The notes: generated by a model from the letters alone, not told the origin. Shown: positions 1-13,434, counted from the stretch's first letter. The stretch is DNA of 64,000 bases from Octopus sinensis (GCF_006345805.1 NC_043013.1:1736001-1800000), one strand, 5' to 3'. Program-made: numbers and translations.

Positions 1-242
1 GTTGTTTTTGAAAGGAAAGCGTTTCCCAGATGATGCAGCCTTGATTTCTGAAGTCACGTCGTGGTTGGGGGACCAAGCTGGGTTCTTCTACAAAAATGGT
101 CTCCAGAGCTGTATCAAACGATGGGAGAAATGTGTAACTGAGTAGTTCCTATGTAGAAAAAGACTAATAACTGTGCCAAGTTTCGTTGCTCTACTGCTAT
201 GGGAAGTGGGTCAGGGGCATTACTTATTGAACGCCCCTCGTA
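1..242 (+). mobile_element. Mariner transposon, 3' end (transposase C-terminus remnant and right TIR)
   Basis: Frame from nt 2 reads LFLKGKRFPDDAALISEVTSWLGDQAGFFYKNGLQSCIKRWEKCV, then after a frameshift YVEKD*. Ends in TTATTGAACGCCCCTCG-TA, a mariner-type TIR plus TA. Confidence 0.85.
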
Positions 243-258
243 TGTATGTATGTATATA

Positions 259-321
<63 letters not shown>

Positions 322-400
322 TGTGTGTTGTGTGTGTGTGTGTGTTGTGTGTGTGTGTGTGTGGTGTGTGTGTGTGTGGTGTGTGTGTGTGTGTGTGTTT
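243..400. repeat. (TATG)n/(TG)n microsatellite
   Basis: Direct read of the sequence. Confidence 0.95.
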
Positions 401-450
401 TGTTTTGATTTGCTTCAGCTCAGAGCTGCGGCCATGCTGATGCACCGCCG

Positions 451-494
<44 letters not shown>

Positions 495-930
495 TATACA
501 CAAAATTTAGAGGACTGACCACTAAAAGTGGACACCCTATATGCTAAATATAGACGTCAAATCACCATTATCACGAAGAAAAATCTCAGCAAAAAAAACA
601 CAATGTAAAAATAAGCAAGACAAATGAAAATATACGAAATAAAAAAACGATTACCTATGTGTTATTGGTTTCACTTGTTAATATTTACGTATATGGACAC
701 ACAAATATCTGCAAGGTCATCAGAATAGTCTGTCGTTTACAAAACACAATTTCCAGAACTAGATACAGAACGCTCAACCGAAATCCATCATTGTATAAAG
801 TTCTACATTTTATATTAAGGTGTATCTTTCAAATGCCTTCACTTTGGCGCGCCTGAGATCGGAAACTACTCTGTAGTTAATAAACTACAGCAGTCAATTT
901 ACCGGTTGGAGAACATTTTTTTTAATTTAA

Positions 931-1185
931 AATTAAATAAGGGTAGAAATTGATATTAATCAATTAAAATCAGTGGCTTAGCATATTTAAAAAAATCCGA
1001 AGATTAAAAACTTTTTACATACAAAATCGAGCGGACTGACCACTAAAAGTTGGCAGCCTATATGCTAAATATAGACGTCAGATCGCCATTACCACGAAGA
1101 AAGTGTTCTCAAGTTCTAATCTTCGGATTTTTTAAAATACGCTAAGCCACTGGTTTTAATTGATTAATATCAATTTCTACTCTTA

Positions 1186-1191
<6 letters not shown>
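931..1191. repeat. ~75-bp imperfect inverted repeat (931-1006 / 1117-1191) enclosing one copy of a ~85-bp direct repeat; probable MITE-like fragment
   Basis: GTAGAAATTGATATTAATCAATTAAAATCAGTGGCTTAGC...AATCCGAAGATTA is mirrored at 1117-1191. GGACTGACCACTAAAAGT...TATGCTAAATATAGACGTCA occurs at ~510 and ~1031. Confidence 0.7.
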
Positions 1192-1249
<58 letters not shown>

Positions 1250-1670
1250 ATATAAATTAAATTAGAGATAAAACCACTATTAGGCAAATCAAACAGTGAA
1301 AAATATAAACCAAAACATAAAAATAAAATTAATTAATATAATATACAAAATATATTTTAAAAATTCAAAATTTAAATTATTTAAATTTAAAGTTAAAAAT
1401 TAAGAATTATTTATTATATCTGTAAATTTATATATATATATATATATTTATTTATTTTTATTTATTTTATTTTTTATTTATTTATTTATTTATGTATTTT
1501 TTAAAATTAAGTATATATAACTATCAAAAAGTATTAAAAAGTTTAATATAGATAAAAAGTATATATATATATACATACATATATATATGCCTGTATGTAT
1601 ATAAATACATGCACACACAAATACGCACATACATCTGACATACACGCATATACTAATTCTCTCTCTCTCA

Positions 1671-1717
<47 letters not shown>

Positions 1718-2041
1718 ACACATACACACACCTGATACACATACAGACACCCTCATGCAAACATAAGCATCTGCATAAACCAGCACGTCCATGCCGACCC
1801 TCTCATAAACACACATACATACGAGCACACACGTGCACACACACCACACACACACACACGCACATACACACACGTGCGATCTTGGGCGCACATATGTACT
1901 CAAATACTCATATAAATCCACATTAACATATAAACAACACACTCACACACACCTAAGTGTAAACATGCACACATACATACATATACGTGCACATACATAG
2001 AATATTTCTGTCACATTTTCTCCCTCTCACTCTCTCTTTCG

Positions 2042-2100
<59 letters not shown>

Positions 2101-2159
2101 AAATTTTTCACACATACAAACATGTCGGCATGCAAATATTGCAAACGCGTTTGGGAAGA

Positions 2160-3476
2160 AATACCCAAAACTAACCGGAAACGTTCTCTGTGGGACAAGC
2201 TCGTCGTGGTCCAGGCTTCCGCCGCAAGAAGCCACTTGATGCGACCCTCAGGCATTAGTCTGCAGACCGGCGTCGTCGGCAGGAGTCGTAGTGCCACGTA
2301 GTGCATCTTTGTTTTGCAGTGTTTCTCCCCTGTTTGTTGATTTCTACGATGGCTGAAATGAAGGAACAGACTGCTTCTGTGAAATCCTGTTTTCTGCTCG
2401 GGTAAACGGCGGCCGAAACAGTTCTCATGCTTCAAACAACTTAGAAGGATGCTGCCATAAGCAAAATACAAGTTTACAAGTAGTTTTCAAGCTTTAGGGG
2501 TGACTAATTTTCGCTTGAGAACCTGTCTCGATCAGGGCGACCGTCAACCTCCCGAACGAATGAAAACGTCACGAAAATACATGAACTGACCTTAGAGAAC
2601 AATCACCGAATAAGTGACAAACTTGTTGATATGACTGGAGTGTCCTGGAGCTCCTGTCAACGAATTTTGAGCGAGGAATTGCGAATGAAAAGGGTTGCAG
2701 TAACATTTGTGCCTCGCTGGTTCACGGAAGACCAAAAGCAGTGACGACTGAGTTTGTCGCAAACTGAAAGGAGAGTTGGAGGTTGATGACTGAGGACGAA
2801 AGCTGATACTACAACTACGACCCGGAAACGAAGCAGCAATCAAGTCAACGGAAACAGTCGATGCCATCACGCTCCCCACCCCACCCCACCCCCCACCAAA
2901 GCGTGTCGAGTGAAGTCCAATGTCAAAACGATGCTGATTTGTTTCAATGATGCGAAAGGAATTCTGCTCATTGAATTTATTTCTCCTGGTCAAACTGTTA
3001 ACCAGACATTTTACTTGGCAGCTTTGAAGCATTTGCAAGACGCGGTGAAACAAAAACGCCCCGACCCGTGGCAGAAGTGGAGGATGGTGGATTCAGCACG
3101 ACATGCGCCCTACGCACACCGCCTTCAGTGTGAGACAGTTTTTGACCCAAAATGGCATGACCCCCCACTTACCCCCCTCCCTAGTCACCGATCTTGCTCC
3201 CTGCAATATTTTTCTTTTTGTCTCCCCGAATGAAAAAAGTCCTTAAAGGAAAACGCTTAGCAGATGTGAAAGTGGGGAAGAAAAAAGCGACGGAGGCGTT
3301 GAAAGGCATCACTTCGCAAGAGTTACAGGACTGCTTCGAACAGTGAAAAACGCGTCTGGACCGATGCATTGCATCAAATGGAGAATACTTGGAAGGCGAT
3401 AAAAGTGTGAACATGTAAATCTAAGTGAATAGAATAATATTGCAAAATTCTAGTTTCTTCTGGGTACGCCCTCGTA
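2160..3476 (+). mobile_element. Near full-length degenerate mariner transposon (transposase pseudogene from ATG 2349)
   Basis: Motifs MAEMKEQTASVKSCFLLG, FVPRWFTEDQK, DES..YDPETKQQS, KTMLICFNDAKGILLIEF, SPDLAP-like and LDRCIASNGEYLEGD, with many stops and frameshifts. The 3' TIR ends GGGTACGCCCTCG-TA; the 5' TIR is only a weak remnant near 2160. Confidence 0.9.
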
Positions 3477-3569
3477 TAAACATATTCACACGAAGTACCT
3501 GTCAAATACTGGAGTCAATATAATCGACTTGCCCCCTCCTCTCAAAATTTGAATATTCTATTAACATTA

Positions 3570-3760
3570 TTGCCGGACAAAATGCTTAGCGGCATTTCGT
3601 CCGTCCTCACGTTCTGAGTTCAAATTCCACCGGGGACTATTTTGCCTTTCATCCTTTCGGACTCGATAAATTAAGTATCAGTTAAAAACTGGGGTCGATC
3701 TAATCGACTGGCCCTCTCCCCCAAAATTTCAGGTTTTGTGCCTATAATAGAAAGGATTAT
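3570..3760 (+). mobile_element. tRNA-derived SINE, family B (Meta-domain-like core)
   Basis: GGACAAAATGCTTAGCGGCATTTCGTCCGT...GTTCAAATTCC (B-box-like), then TTTGCCTTTCATCCTTTCGG..TCGATAAA core; recurs many times in the window. Confidence 0.85.
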
Positions 3761-3794
3761 TATTAAAGTAGTAGTAGTAGTAGTAGTAGTAGTG

Positions 3795-4030
3795 AGGCGG
3801 CTAGTTGGCTGAATCGTTAGCGCGTCGGACAAAATGCTTTGCAACATTCCTTCCGTCTCTTCACTTTCTGAATTCAAATCCTGCCGTGGCCCACTCTGCC
3901 TTCTAATCCTTCTGAGTGAATAAAATCACTTTTCAAAATAAGAACCAGTCAGACATTCGACCCAGTGTGATCGATTCTTCGCTTTCCTCAAAAAATTGCT
4001 GGCCTTCTTCCAGAATCAAGAAAGAATTAC
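3795..4030 (+). mobile_element. SINE family B, degenerate
   Basis: GGCGGCTAGTTGGCTGAATCGTTAGCGCG head followed by the same core. Confidence 0.75.
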
Positions 4031-4073
4031 TCTTACGATTTTATATTCTTATATTAACCATAAAGGTTTAGGT

Positions 4074-4415
4074 CAGGGGTTCTCAACCGTTTATTATTAT
4101 TATTTTTTTACCTTTGGACCCCTGGTGGATCCCCATAACCATTCGATTTTTAAAAACTAGTTTTCTAGAAACTTCTTTCAAAATTCTTATTTTGTTCTTC
4201 ACACATTTACTTGTGTAGGTTGAACAATGTAAAATGTTAGAGAAAGAAACCCAGCTGTCTCTTGCAATACATACCAATATATACATCTAAAGCAAAATGA
4301 TTTCAAGGGTCCTTAAAATACTGTTTTGATCCCCAATTTACAATTTTCTTCGTGGACAACCAGAAATCATATGTGGACCATCAGGGGCCATGTGGATCCT
4401 AGTTGAAAACCAATG
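4074..4415 (+). mobile_element. hAT (Charlie-like) MITE
   Basis: TIRs CAGGGGTTCTCAACC ... AGTTGAAAACCAATG; degenerate 8-bp TSD GTTTAGGT / GTTTTGGC. Confidence 0.7.
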
Positions 4416-4546
4416 GTTTTGGCGGCCATGGATATCATTACATTAACGGTTTCGAAATCAGTGTCGCTGAGAATCACCTTGATTAATCGTCTTCTACTGA
4501 GCCGAGGGTTAACCAACACTCTAAGAGTGGAATTTGGCATATCAAT

Positions 4547-4588
<42 letters not shown>

Positions 4589-4599
4589 CTGCAACGTCT

Positions 4600-5400
4600 A
4601 AAACTGGCATATCAACGTCTATGTGTGTGCGCATGTCTGCGTCTGTACAATGATTATGTTTACATTAGTCTAAACGTCGGTGTTGTTTATGCCTTGCTAC
4701 TTAGCGCTTCGACAAACAGTGTCCGAAACGTAAGTACCACAATGAAATATATACTTATGTCAACAAAAACGAGTTGGTCGAAAGCAGAGCATGCAGCTGC
4801 GCAGGTAAGCGGGTGGGGGGAATGGTGGCTGCTCTCACCTTTGATACACCCTCCGTATGCGCTCTCGAGGTAAGTATGGAAATGGCAATATTTCTTCGGC
4901 GCGTAAACCATGACCACTACAGCGAAAAGTTCACTGTCTGAGTCTTGACTTGTGTTGATCCTGGATTATAGTGAGAGAAGGCTGCGTTGACCGTCGAACC
5001 CTCTCCTTCCTCACCTCCTCGGCCGTTGCAAGAGGCAGCTGGAAGAATACTGATCGAGATACTCGTCCTACAACTGCGTTGCATGTTACTAATTGACCTC
5101 TAATGGCTGGGTTCCTCCGCATAATTCGCCGAAAATCGGATTTTAACTCGTGTAGAATGACAGCCCGAAGGTTTACAAGTCGTCGTCTACCTCTCACTGG
5201 TTTTAATCGACTTAGCAATGCCATTGCCCAAAACGCGAGACGTCCTCTTCGTGTAGACAGTTTGTGAAGCCGCAGTTGAGGACTGGATCTCAAGCGGGAG
5301 TCTGACCCATGCGTGTTGGCGTGAAAAGGAATTGGCAGGAGGCTGGCCAAAGGTTCTCTCGCACCCTCACACCTACGTACACAAGCACAAACATAAACCA
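4600..5400. other. Unique, CpG-enriched island with several splice-site-like signals and a 157-codon minus-strand ORF; possible exon(s)
   Basis: Non-repetitive and GC-richer than its flanks. Plus-strand donors GTAAGT at 4730, GTAAGC at 4805 and GTAAGT at 4870; minus-strand acceptor TTGTGTACGTAG at 5373. No homology recognised. Confidence 0.25.
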
Positions 5401-5419
5401 ACATTAAGAGATTATATGA

Positions 5420-5560
5420 AGGGTCGAGTCGGCAAAATCGTTAGCGCACCGGGCAAAATGCTAGCGGTATTTCGTCCGTCTTTACGTTCTGAATTCAAAT
5501 TCCGCCATGGCCAACCTTGCCTTTCATCCTTTCGGGGTCGATAAATTAAGAACCAGTTGT
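5420..5560 (+). mobile_element. SINE family B
   Basis: GGCAAAATCGTTAGCGCACCGGGCAAAATGCTAGCGG...CCTTTCATCCTTTCGGGGTCGATAAA. Confidence 0.85.
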
Positions 5561-5935
5561 TGGGCAAAAATGTAATTACTTTAAAGGGCAGAGGCACAAG
5601 CGAATGGTTGGTCCGTAGCATATTGTTCTTTGGACTGGATTGACTTTGGCCATTCTGGGGCACCGTCAGCGAGTATCTCAATCGGTTCTATCAACTCCAG
5701 TTCTTTGACTGGTATTGTTTATCGATTTCTATATTTTGAATGTCTAGATCCAATTCAACTCAGTGTAAGAGAAAAGTAAATCGGAAGGAATGAACCTCAA
5801 AGAATATATACCGTAAGGTATTTTTGTTCAACGCACATATTTATCAGTAATTTCTTACCATTGTATGCACACACACACACACACACACACACATACGCAC
5901 ACACACACACACAACACACACACACACACACACAT

Positions 5936-5985
<50 letters not shown>

Positions 5986-6338
5986 GTGATATATATGGAC
6001 TTGGTCAGTTTTTTTTTTAAATATGGCTCAGTAAGCTACTAGACAACCAAACAAGGAGTCAATGTTTCTTTTTTGTTCGCTTCGCTCTCTTCTGTTCAAA
6101 ATTTAGCTCAAGAGTGAATAACCCTCGGGGCTGCGGTAGATTTTTCGCCAATATTCAAAGTTGAAACTGCTTGCAGACGAAATCCTGAAATATCCAAACT
6201 AAAGAAATTCAAGCCTTAAGTTTAAACCTCAAGTTCAAAGCCTTAAGAATTAAAACAGAGATACAAGTCCTGTAATTGACTCCTCGGTTCCTGATGAAGT
6301 TTCGAGAACACCGTTGTGATATCTCTCTTTTTTTCTCT

Positions 6339-6736
6339 TTTTACTTGTTTCAGTCATTTTGACTGCGGCCATGCTGGTGCACCGCCTTTAATCGAGCAAC
6401 TCGACCCCGGGACTTATTCTTTGTAAGCCCAGTACTTATTCTATCGGTCTCTTTTGCCGAACAGCTAAGTTACGGGGACGTAAACACACCAGCATCGGTT
6501 GTCAAGCAATGCTAGGGGGACAAACACAGACACACAAACATACACGCACATACATATATATACATATATACGACGGGCTTCTTTCAGTTTCTGTCTAACC
6601 AAATCCACTCACAAGGTTTGGGTCGACCCGAGGCTATAGTAGAAGACACTTGCCCAAGGTGCCACGCAGTGGGACTGAACCCGGAACCATGTGGTTGGTA
6701 AACAAGCTACTTAGCACACAGCCACTCCTGCGCCTA
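6339..6736 (-). mobile_element. tRNA-derived composite SINE, family A (~400-450 bp, CORE-like segment, central TA/TG tract)
   Basis: Head GGCGCAGGAGTGGCTGTGTG..GGTTCCGGGTTCAGTCCCACTG, then CCTTGGGCAAGTGTCTT; tail GACTGAAACAAGTAAAAGA. Matches the copy at 49364. Confidence 0.92.
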
Positions 6737-6819
6737 CGGTGTATCTTGAGCATTGTAAACTTGGTAAAGTCTATCCCACTCCTGGTGTGAACACAGCTAT
6801 CTCTTCTAGAGAGAAGTGG

Positions 6820-6965
6820 AAGAGTCAACTCCTCAACGAGTATTTTATTTGGTCGCTGAAGGAACAGGAGCAAAGTTGGTCTCAATGGCATTTGAACTCA
6901 GAGAACAGAAATGAATAACGTAAAGAATTCTATCGAACGCTTTAAAACTCTGCTAAGTCGCCGCC
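6820..6965 (-). mobile_element. SINE family B, degenerate
   Basis: Reverse-strand match to the family B head and core. Confidence 0.6.
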
Positions 6966-7131
6966 TTAATATGCGTTGTATGCTAATCTGTTTGTAAAAG
7001 ATTCAGTATTTTTTCTCCCTACAGATGAGCTCGCATAGTTTTTTTTTTGTTTTTGTTTTTATTTTTTTGCATTCCACCCCTGGGGCTAAAATGTTTTCTC
7101 GTTCTCTGATCTGTCTAAATAGTCACGTAAA

Positions 7132-7555
7132 GGATCTTTTCGGTTTGAACGGCAGTTTTTTCTAGCAGTGTCATATGAAATTGTCACCCATAATTATGAC
7201 CCTAGTATCGATCTATTGCATGTCAATCTGTTTTAGGGTTAGGGTTAGGGTTAGGGATGGGGGAAGGGTATCTTTTTTTCTTCACAAATGTAAATAAACC
7301 CAATCTGTTTCTTAAACGAGGGACATATTCATACGGCACAGAATGTTTTCACCTCAATAGACGTCATTGATTGGTTGAAATTGCAGAAATTGAAGAAAAA
7401 AAACAACAAATATCTTACAAACTATAGAATTTTCTCAATAAAGCCAAGAGAAAAATATGTTTTATAAACACTTTCTACCAGTATACGAAGTTTAAGAGTT
7501 TAAGAGTTACGTGGAAATTATTAAAAAAAAACTGCCGTTCAAACCGAAAAGATCC
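7132..7555. mobile_element. MITE with ~30-bp TIRs, 8-bp TSD and internal (TTAGGG)4; Merlin-like
   Basis: TIR GGATCTTTTCGGTTTGAACGGCAGTTTTT at both ends; TSD CACGTAAA / CACATAAA; second copy at 30012. Confidence 0.9.
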
Positions 7556-9046
7556 CACATAAATCTCAAGCGGACGTGTGAATCTAATTAGCTCTAATTA
7601 GCAGCATACACTTATACAATTTAAGTCTGTAAGCAGCAGAAACACTATGAAGTCAACCAGTGACCTGTTCATTGCGTTTCCGGATTCAGTTCCTCTTACA
7701 TGAAGAGAAAACTAACAAGAAACCAGCTTCTCGTAGGTTTTTCTATTTTGCACAATTGAACCGTCGTTTCTTACACAGTAACACGTGACAAAGAGGTGTT
7801 AATCTGGTTTGTGTTATTTTTATTGTAGTCTATTTCATTGTATTTTTGTCTATTTTTTTTTTGTCGTGGTTCTATTGGTTATTTTAAAGAGTTTCGTAAA
7901 TCCTTACAAATATTAGGAAAAGGGAAGACGGCGATAGCAGGTCGGGAAAAATACTTAGCGGCATTTCGACCATTTTTACGTTCTGAGTTCAAATTCCGCT
8001 GATTCTATACTTTGAATACCAGTGAATTTGTTAAATAATAGAAGTTTTCTAGTTCCTCTAAGGGAATAATCCATGAAATCCATTCAGATTTTGCAGATAA
8101 TCTCATATAACTTGTTAACCTTTTACATGATACACAAGCTCTACTAATCCCCATGAGACAGTAGCAAACTGCATTGGGCTTTGTCAAAATGACGATGAAA
8201 GAAGATACAGTCACAAATCAGAGCCTAGACAGAATTCATTCTAAGCTTTGTGGAAGATTCTTAGATTCATGAGTTCAGAAATGGATTTTCTCACTTAGAA
8301 GGTATTGTCAACTTGTAACAACTAACCGTTTGGGTAAATGGTTTAAGACAGTCTTTTATAATTAATGTCTTTTAGACGCTTCCCATAAAGTTACACAAAC
8401 GAGTAAATGACTGCTGTTACTCTTAACTTCTGCTCATGGAACAAAATATTTCGTGGAAAATACATCCAATATTTAAAAATGTTTACCATTTATATCACAA
8501 ATGATACGGCAATGTAGGCAACAATTTGTTTCAGAGCAAAAAGTAACTAACATCCTCATTTGTCTTTTGAGAACCTCGGTTAGCGGATGGGAAAAATCGA
8601 AAATTGGTACAATAGAATAAAGTACCAGTCTGCGGTGCTGGATTGGCGAACTTAGAAGAGTTTCTGATAGAATGCTTTGCAGTATTTGTTCTGCTTTTTA
8701 ACGTTCTAAGTTCAAATCCTATCTTTGAATTCGTCGTGTCGGGGTTGACAGAAGTAAGGTATCAGTCAAAGTACCGGGTGCGTCCCTTTCTACCTTTAGC
8801 TGTCTTTGAATGTTCCATTGGATTCAGAGAGTGTCTGTGCCTGCTCACAAATACACGGCCTGAAGCAAAGAAATGGCGAATGCTTCTACCAAGTTATTCT
8901 AAACTGCCGAGAACATCAGCATTTAATAAACACCACATCTCATTGTTATTCCTATACTTAAAACAATTGTACCTGATCAAAGAAAACTATATGTACTAAA
9001 ACAAACGAATTGCTGTAAATTTCTGTATATTACTTGGAATGGCTGA

Positions 9047-9262
9047 CATTGGTTTCAAATTTTGGCACAATGCCAGCAATTTCGGAGAAGAGGGTAAGTC
9101 GGTTACTTCGACTCCAGTACTCAACTGGTACTTATTTTATCGACCCTTAAAGGATAAAAGGCAAAGTCGGCCTCGGCAGAATTTGAACTCAGAACGTAAA
9201 GACGGGCAAAATGCTGTTGACCATTTTTCCCGATGCGCTCACAATTCTGCCAGCTCACCTTA
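9047..9262 (-). mobile_element. SINE family B, full length
   Basis: Reverse complement reads GGTGAGCTGGCAGAATTGTGAGCGCATCGG...GTTCAAATTCTGCCGAGGCCGACTTTGCC... Confidence 0.88.
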
Positions 9263-9890
9263 ATGATAAGACTACTGATCAGTAAATCATCGGGGCTGGT
9301 TTATTTGACCATAGAGCATCCTGTACCAATACTGACCTTTGAAATTAGTCGAAAGAAATTAGTGATAATCATTTAGGAAAAATAATTGCTTGCAGATCAT
9401 CTTGGTAAAGTTTTAAGTATTTTTTTCTGAAAAGGTCAGATGATCTTTCAGTATAACTTTTGTCTTTTACCTTTCAATAAGCATGTTTCTGAAAGACTTC
9501 GATCTTGCGACAATTCACCCATTTACTTATTTATGCCATTGTTAAATTTTACCGTAACTTGATAATAAAAAAAATACCCCCCCCCCAAAAAAAAAACCAA
9601 ACAAACAAACATCTTTGATTCGAAAGAACATCAAATCGAGACTCTTTTTTTAAGGTTTAACTGGTATCACCATTTCAGCAAAACTTAAATACTCAGTGTG
9701 TATGCTTGCTTTTGTGCATGTTTGTATATGTGTGTGTGTGTGTGCGTGCATGCATGCGTGCGTGTTGGTGGGAGGTGCACAGCATGTACGTCACAGATGA
9801 CAATATAAAAGACCTTTGGCAATTTCACACGGTGTCATCTCTATGTGTATATAAAATTAATAAACATATTTACATATCTGCATAAAACCG

Positions 9891-9931
<41 letters not shown>

Positions 9932-10556
9932 GGCTTATCGGTTTATCAGTAATATATTTTTCACATTTACAAACACACGCACCAACGCACACCCACTTAC
10001 ATGTAGACTCACGCATGCGCGCTCACTCAAGCCCAAACGCACAACCATCAACAGCCGAAAGCACTAACCACTGGGAAGCTGCATTCAAACAAACACGTTT
10101 CGCTAACCACACTTTGGCATTCTGATGTGACATTTCTCCCGGGGAAGTGACTCACGTGTTATTTCCAACTGGCGACCCGCTGAATTCTTATAATCCATTC
10201 ATTCATCTCGGCGCTGCATAGTTTTCTGTGAATGCCAAAAGCAAAATACGTTAACCATTCCACAAGCACGAATTAGAGATGTAGTGACTCTGAGCTAATG
10301 AATTCCTTCAATGAAAACATTTGTAACTTGGACACAATCGCAATCAATGGAACCAGGGCATAAATGATGAACCAACTATTGTCTCGGTCACGTAGGCATC
10401 ACCGAACCACTCCTGGCATATATTATCGTTATGCCAGCTTCTTACTTGAGAATTATGCACACACGCACGCACATACGCACGTTTACATGTATTATGTGTG
10501 CGTGTATATGTATATACACATATGCATACATCCACACTCACATACATACACATATA

Positions 10557-10614
10557 TTATAGGTAGTTAGATAGATGTAGATAGATAGGTAGATAAATAG
10601 ATAGACAGACAGGC

Positions 10615-10674
<60 letters not shown>

Positions 10675-10800
10675 TCACATATATACATACATAGACAGAT
10701 AGAAAGAGAGACAGACAGACAGAGAAAGAGCGAGAGAGAGAGAAAGAAAGAGGAGAGAGAGAGACAGAGAAAGAGGGAAAGAGAGAGCGAATTATCGTAT
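10557..10800. repeat. (GATA)n/(GA)n microsatellite
   Basis: Direct read. Confidence 0.9.
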
Positions 10801-11468
10801 GTGTGTAGGTGTATGACTATTTTCAATGTATATGTATGTGTGCACGCGCGTGTGTATGTGTGCGTGTGTGTGTGTATCGGTGTGTGGGTGCGTGTATGTA
10901 CTGAATTGCAGGTTTAGGTTTGTATGTGCATGTGTGGGTATTGTGGGCGTGACACATGTCAGTTTCAAAGGAAAGTGGTTATGATGTGTCATGAGAAGAC
11001 ATATTGTATTATTTGTGTTTGGGCGTGGTGCTTGCTGTCAATGAACAAAACTGGTTGGTGGCTATAGCGTGATATGTTGGCAGCTTCTATTGTAGGCGTG
11101 GCCCACTATGTTACTGGTGCAAAACTAGTAATAAAGCATGTGTCATCCACAACTTGAGATTCACCTGTCTCTGTTGCATGCTTGGCATGTGTTTAAAGTT
11201 CCAGTCTCTCAGATTTTGCTCTGCTGAACATAGATATTTCTTTTCTGATCAATGTAATTATTAAACAAAACATCGCCATCCTATATTTTCGTAGCTGTCT
11301 GCCCAATTTCTCGATTCAATGGAGGGAGACACTTCGACATTAAAACGGTTAACGACCTGCTATTCTATGGAACTGGGGCATTCGCTTCCATCGAGCCATT
11401 CTCTATCGTATTGTGGAGGCAAACAACAACTATTTGTCTCAGTAGTATATGACTGGTATCTTCTGTCT

Positions 11469-11970
11469 TTTACTTGTTTCAGTCATTAGACTGCGGTCGT
11501 GCTGGAGCACCGCCTTGAGGAATTTTTAGTCAAATGAATCAAACGCGGTGCTTATTGTTTTGTTAAGCCTGGTACTTGTTCTATCGGATCGCTATTGCCG
11601 AACCGCTAAGTTAAGGGGATGTAAACACACGAAGACCGGTTGTCAAGTGGTGGGGTGGGGGGCAAACACAGACACAAAATCACACACATACACACACAGA
11701 TCCACATACATACTCATACGCGCGTGGACACATACACATACACACAGACACACACAAATACATGCGCTCACATTGGCACACACATACACATACACACATA
11801 CACATACACACATATATACAACGGGCTTCTTTCAGTTTCCGTTTACCACTAAGTCCACTCACAAGTCTTTGGTTGGCCTGAGGCTATAGTAGAAAACACT
11901 TGCCCAAAGTCCACACAGAGGGACTGAACTTGGAACCAGTTAGTTGGGAATCAAGCTTCTTACCACACAT
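11469..11970 (-). mobile_element. SINE family A
   Basis: Same head, core and tail blocks as 6339-6736, with an expanded CA tract. Confidence 0.88.
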
Positions 11971-12175
11971 AGATGCATACCTTGATCCATTTCACAGAAC
12001 CAATCACATTCCTAAACACTATTTGAATCTTGTTAGAATCTTGAGCCGCGTCTACAGACATCATGGCTGGCGATTTAAAGGGTGTTTAAAGGTTCTGCAG
12101 TTTAAGTACCAAACAGACCAATATGGCTTCCTTATTGGTTCATCTGATTACAATGTGCCGTCCACTATTCTTTTA

Positions 12176-12545
12176 TCTTTTACTTGTTTCAGCCATTAGA
12201 CTGCGGCCATGCTGGAGCACCGCCTTGAAGTATTGTAACAATCCCCGTACTTATTTTTTATAACGTGATACTTATTCTATCGGTGTCTTTTGCCGAACCG
12301 TTAAGTTAGGGGGACGTAAAAATACCAGCACCGGTTGTCAAGCGGTGATAGGGGATGGGGGAAACACACACACACACACATATATATATATACGACAGGC
12401 TTCTTTCAGTTTCCGTCTACCAAATCCACTTATAAGGCTTTGGTTGGCCCGAGGCTATAGTAGAAGACACTTGCTCAAGGTGCCAGTGGAACTGAACCCA
12501 TGTGATTGGGAAGCAAGATTCTTACCACACAGCCACGCATGCGCC
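12176..12545 (-). mobile_element. SINE family A
   Basis: Same blocks as other family A copies. Confidence 0.9.
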
Positions 12546-12800
12546 CAGATATTGGTCACTTCTGTTGATCCTTTTATACGAGATTTATTGACACACACGT
12601 ATGATATTCACTATAAAGTTATAACATAATCAACAATAATGGTGACTCTTATACTGTGTTTGTATTTGTTGTTGAAGTATGATCTACGAGTGTAATTTAA
12701 GAAAAAAATTAACAATGTCCAGCAGATACGAGGCTTTACCTGTGAAGACACACACACACACACACACACGCACACACACACGCACACACACACACACGCA

Positions 12801-12863
<63 letters not shown>

Positions 12864-13434
12864 TCAGAGGAAGGGAAGTCTGATTTCTCCATGCCATCCT
12901 ATTGTTAAGAACAAATATTCCTCAATGAGACAATACAATTGAAAAAACTGTAAGTAGAAAAATTGGGAGAGAGAGAGAGAGAGAGTATAAGAGAAAGGCA
13001 GAGGGGGAGAATAAGAGCGACAGAGCGAGGAGGGAAAGAGAGAAAGAGCCAAGGAGAAAATAAGGAGGGGGTTACATTGATAAGGGGGTGAGGTGGATGG
13101 AGGGATGAAAAGGTAGAGGGCAGAGAAGGAGGAACGTGAAAGGGGGATTTTTATTATGTAAGACGATAATGTGGTACGAAATTCCCGAGAATGAAAGCTT
13201 TATTTATTTATTTATTCATTTATTTCTTATTTAATGTCAATCAATCTGTTATTTAGAGTGAGAGACAGCGTTCCATTTCGGAGCATCTACCACACGCAGT
13301 CAGTGAAAGTCAGGTATTCATACGAGATGCTAATATACTCCAGACACCGCCATCAATCGCTGCTCTTCCACTAACCTGTCGTACTTTTCACTCTTCAGTT
13401 AATTTCAATCTCTGTTAATGTGTGTGTGTGTGTG

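Noticed and set aside
4931-5404. Tc1-type HTH reading of the 157-aa ORF
   Set aside because: Only a loose pattern; no TIRs and no DDE region downstream.
6280-6320. CTGATGA hammerhead-like core
   Set aside because: No GAAA after a credible stem II and no NUH site.
8005-8214. ORF with VSCKRL, vaguely like ABCC transporters
   Set aside because: Stop directly upstream, no splice support, similarity too short.
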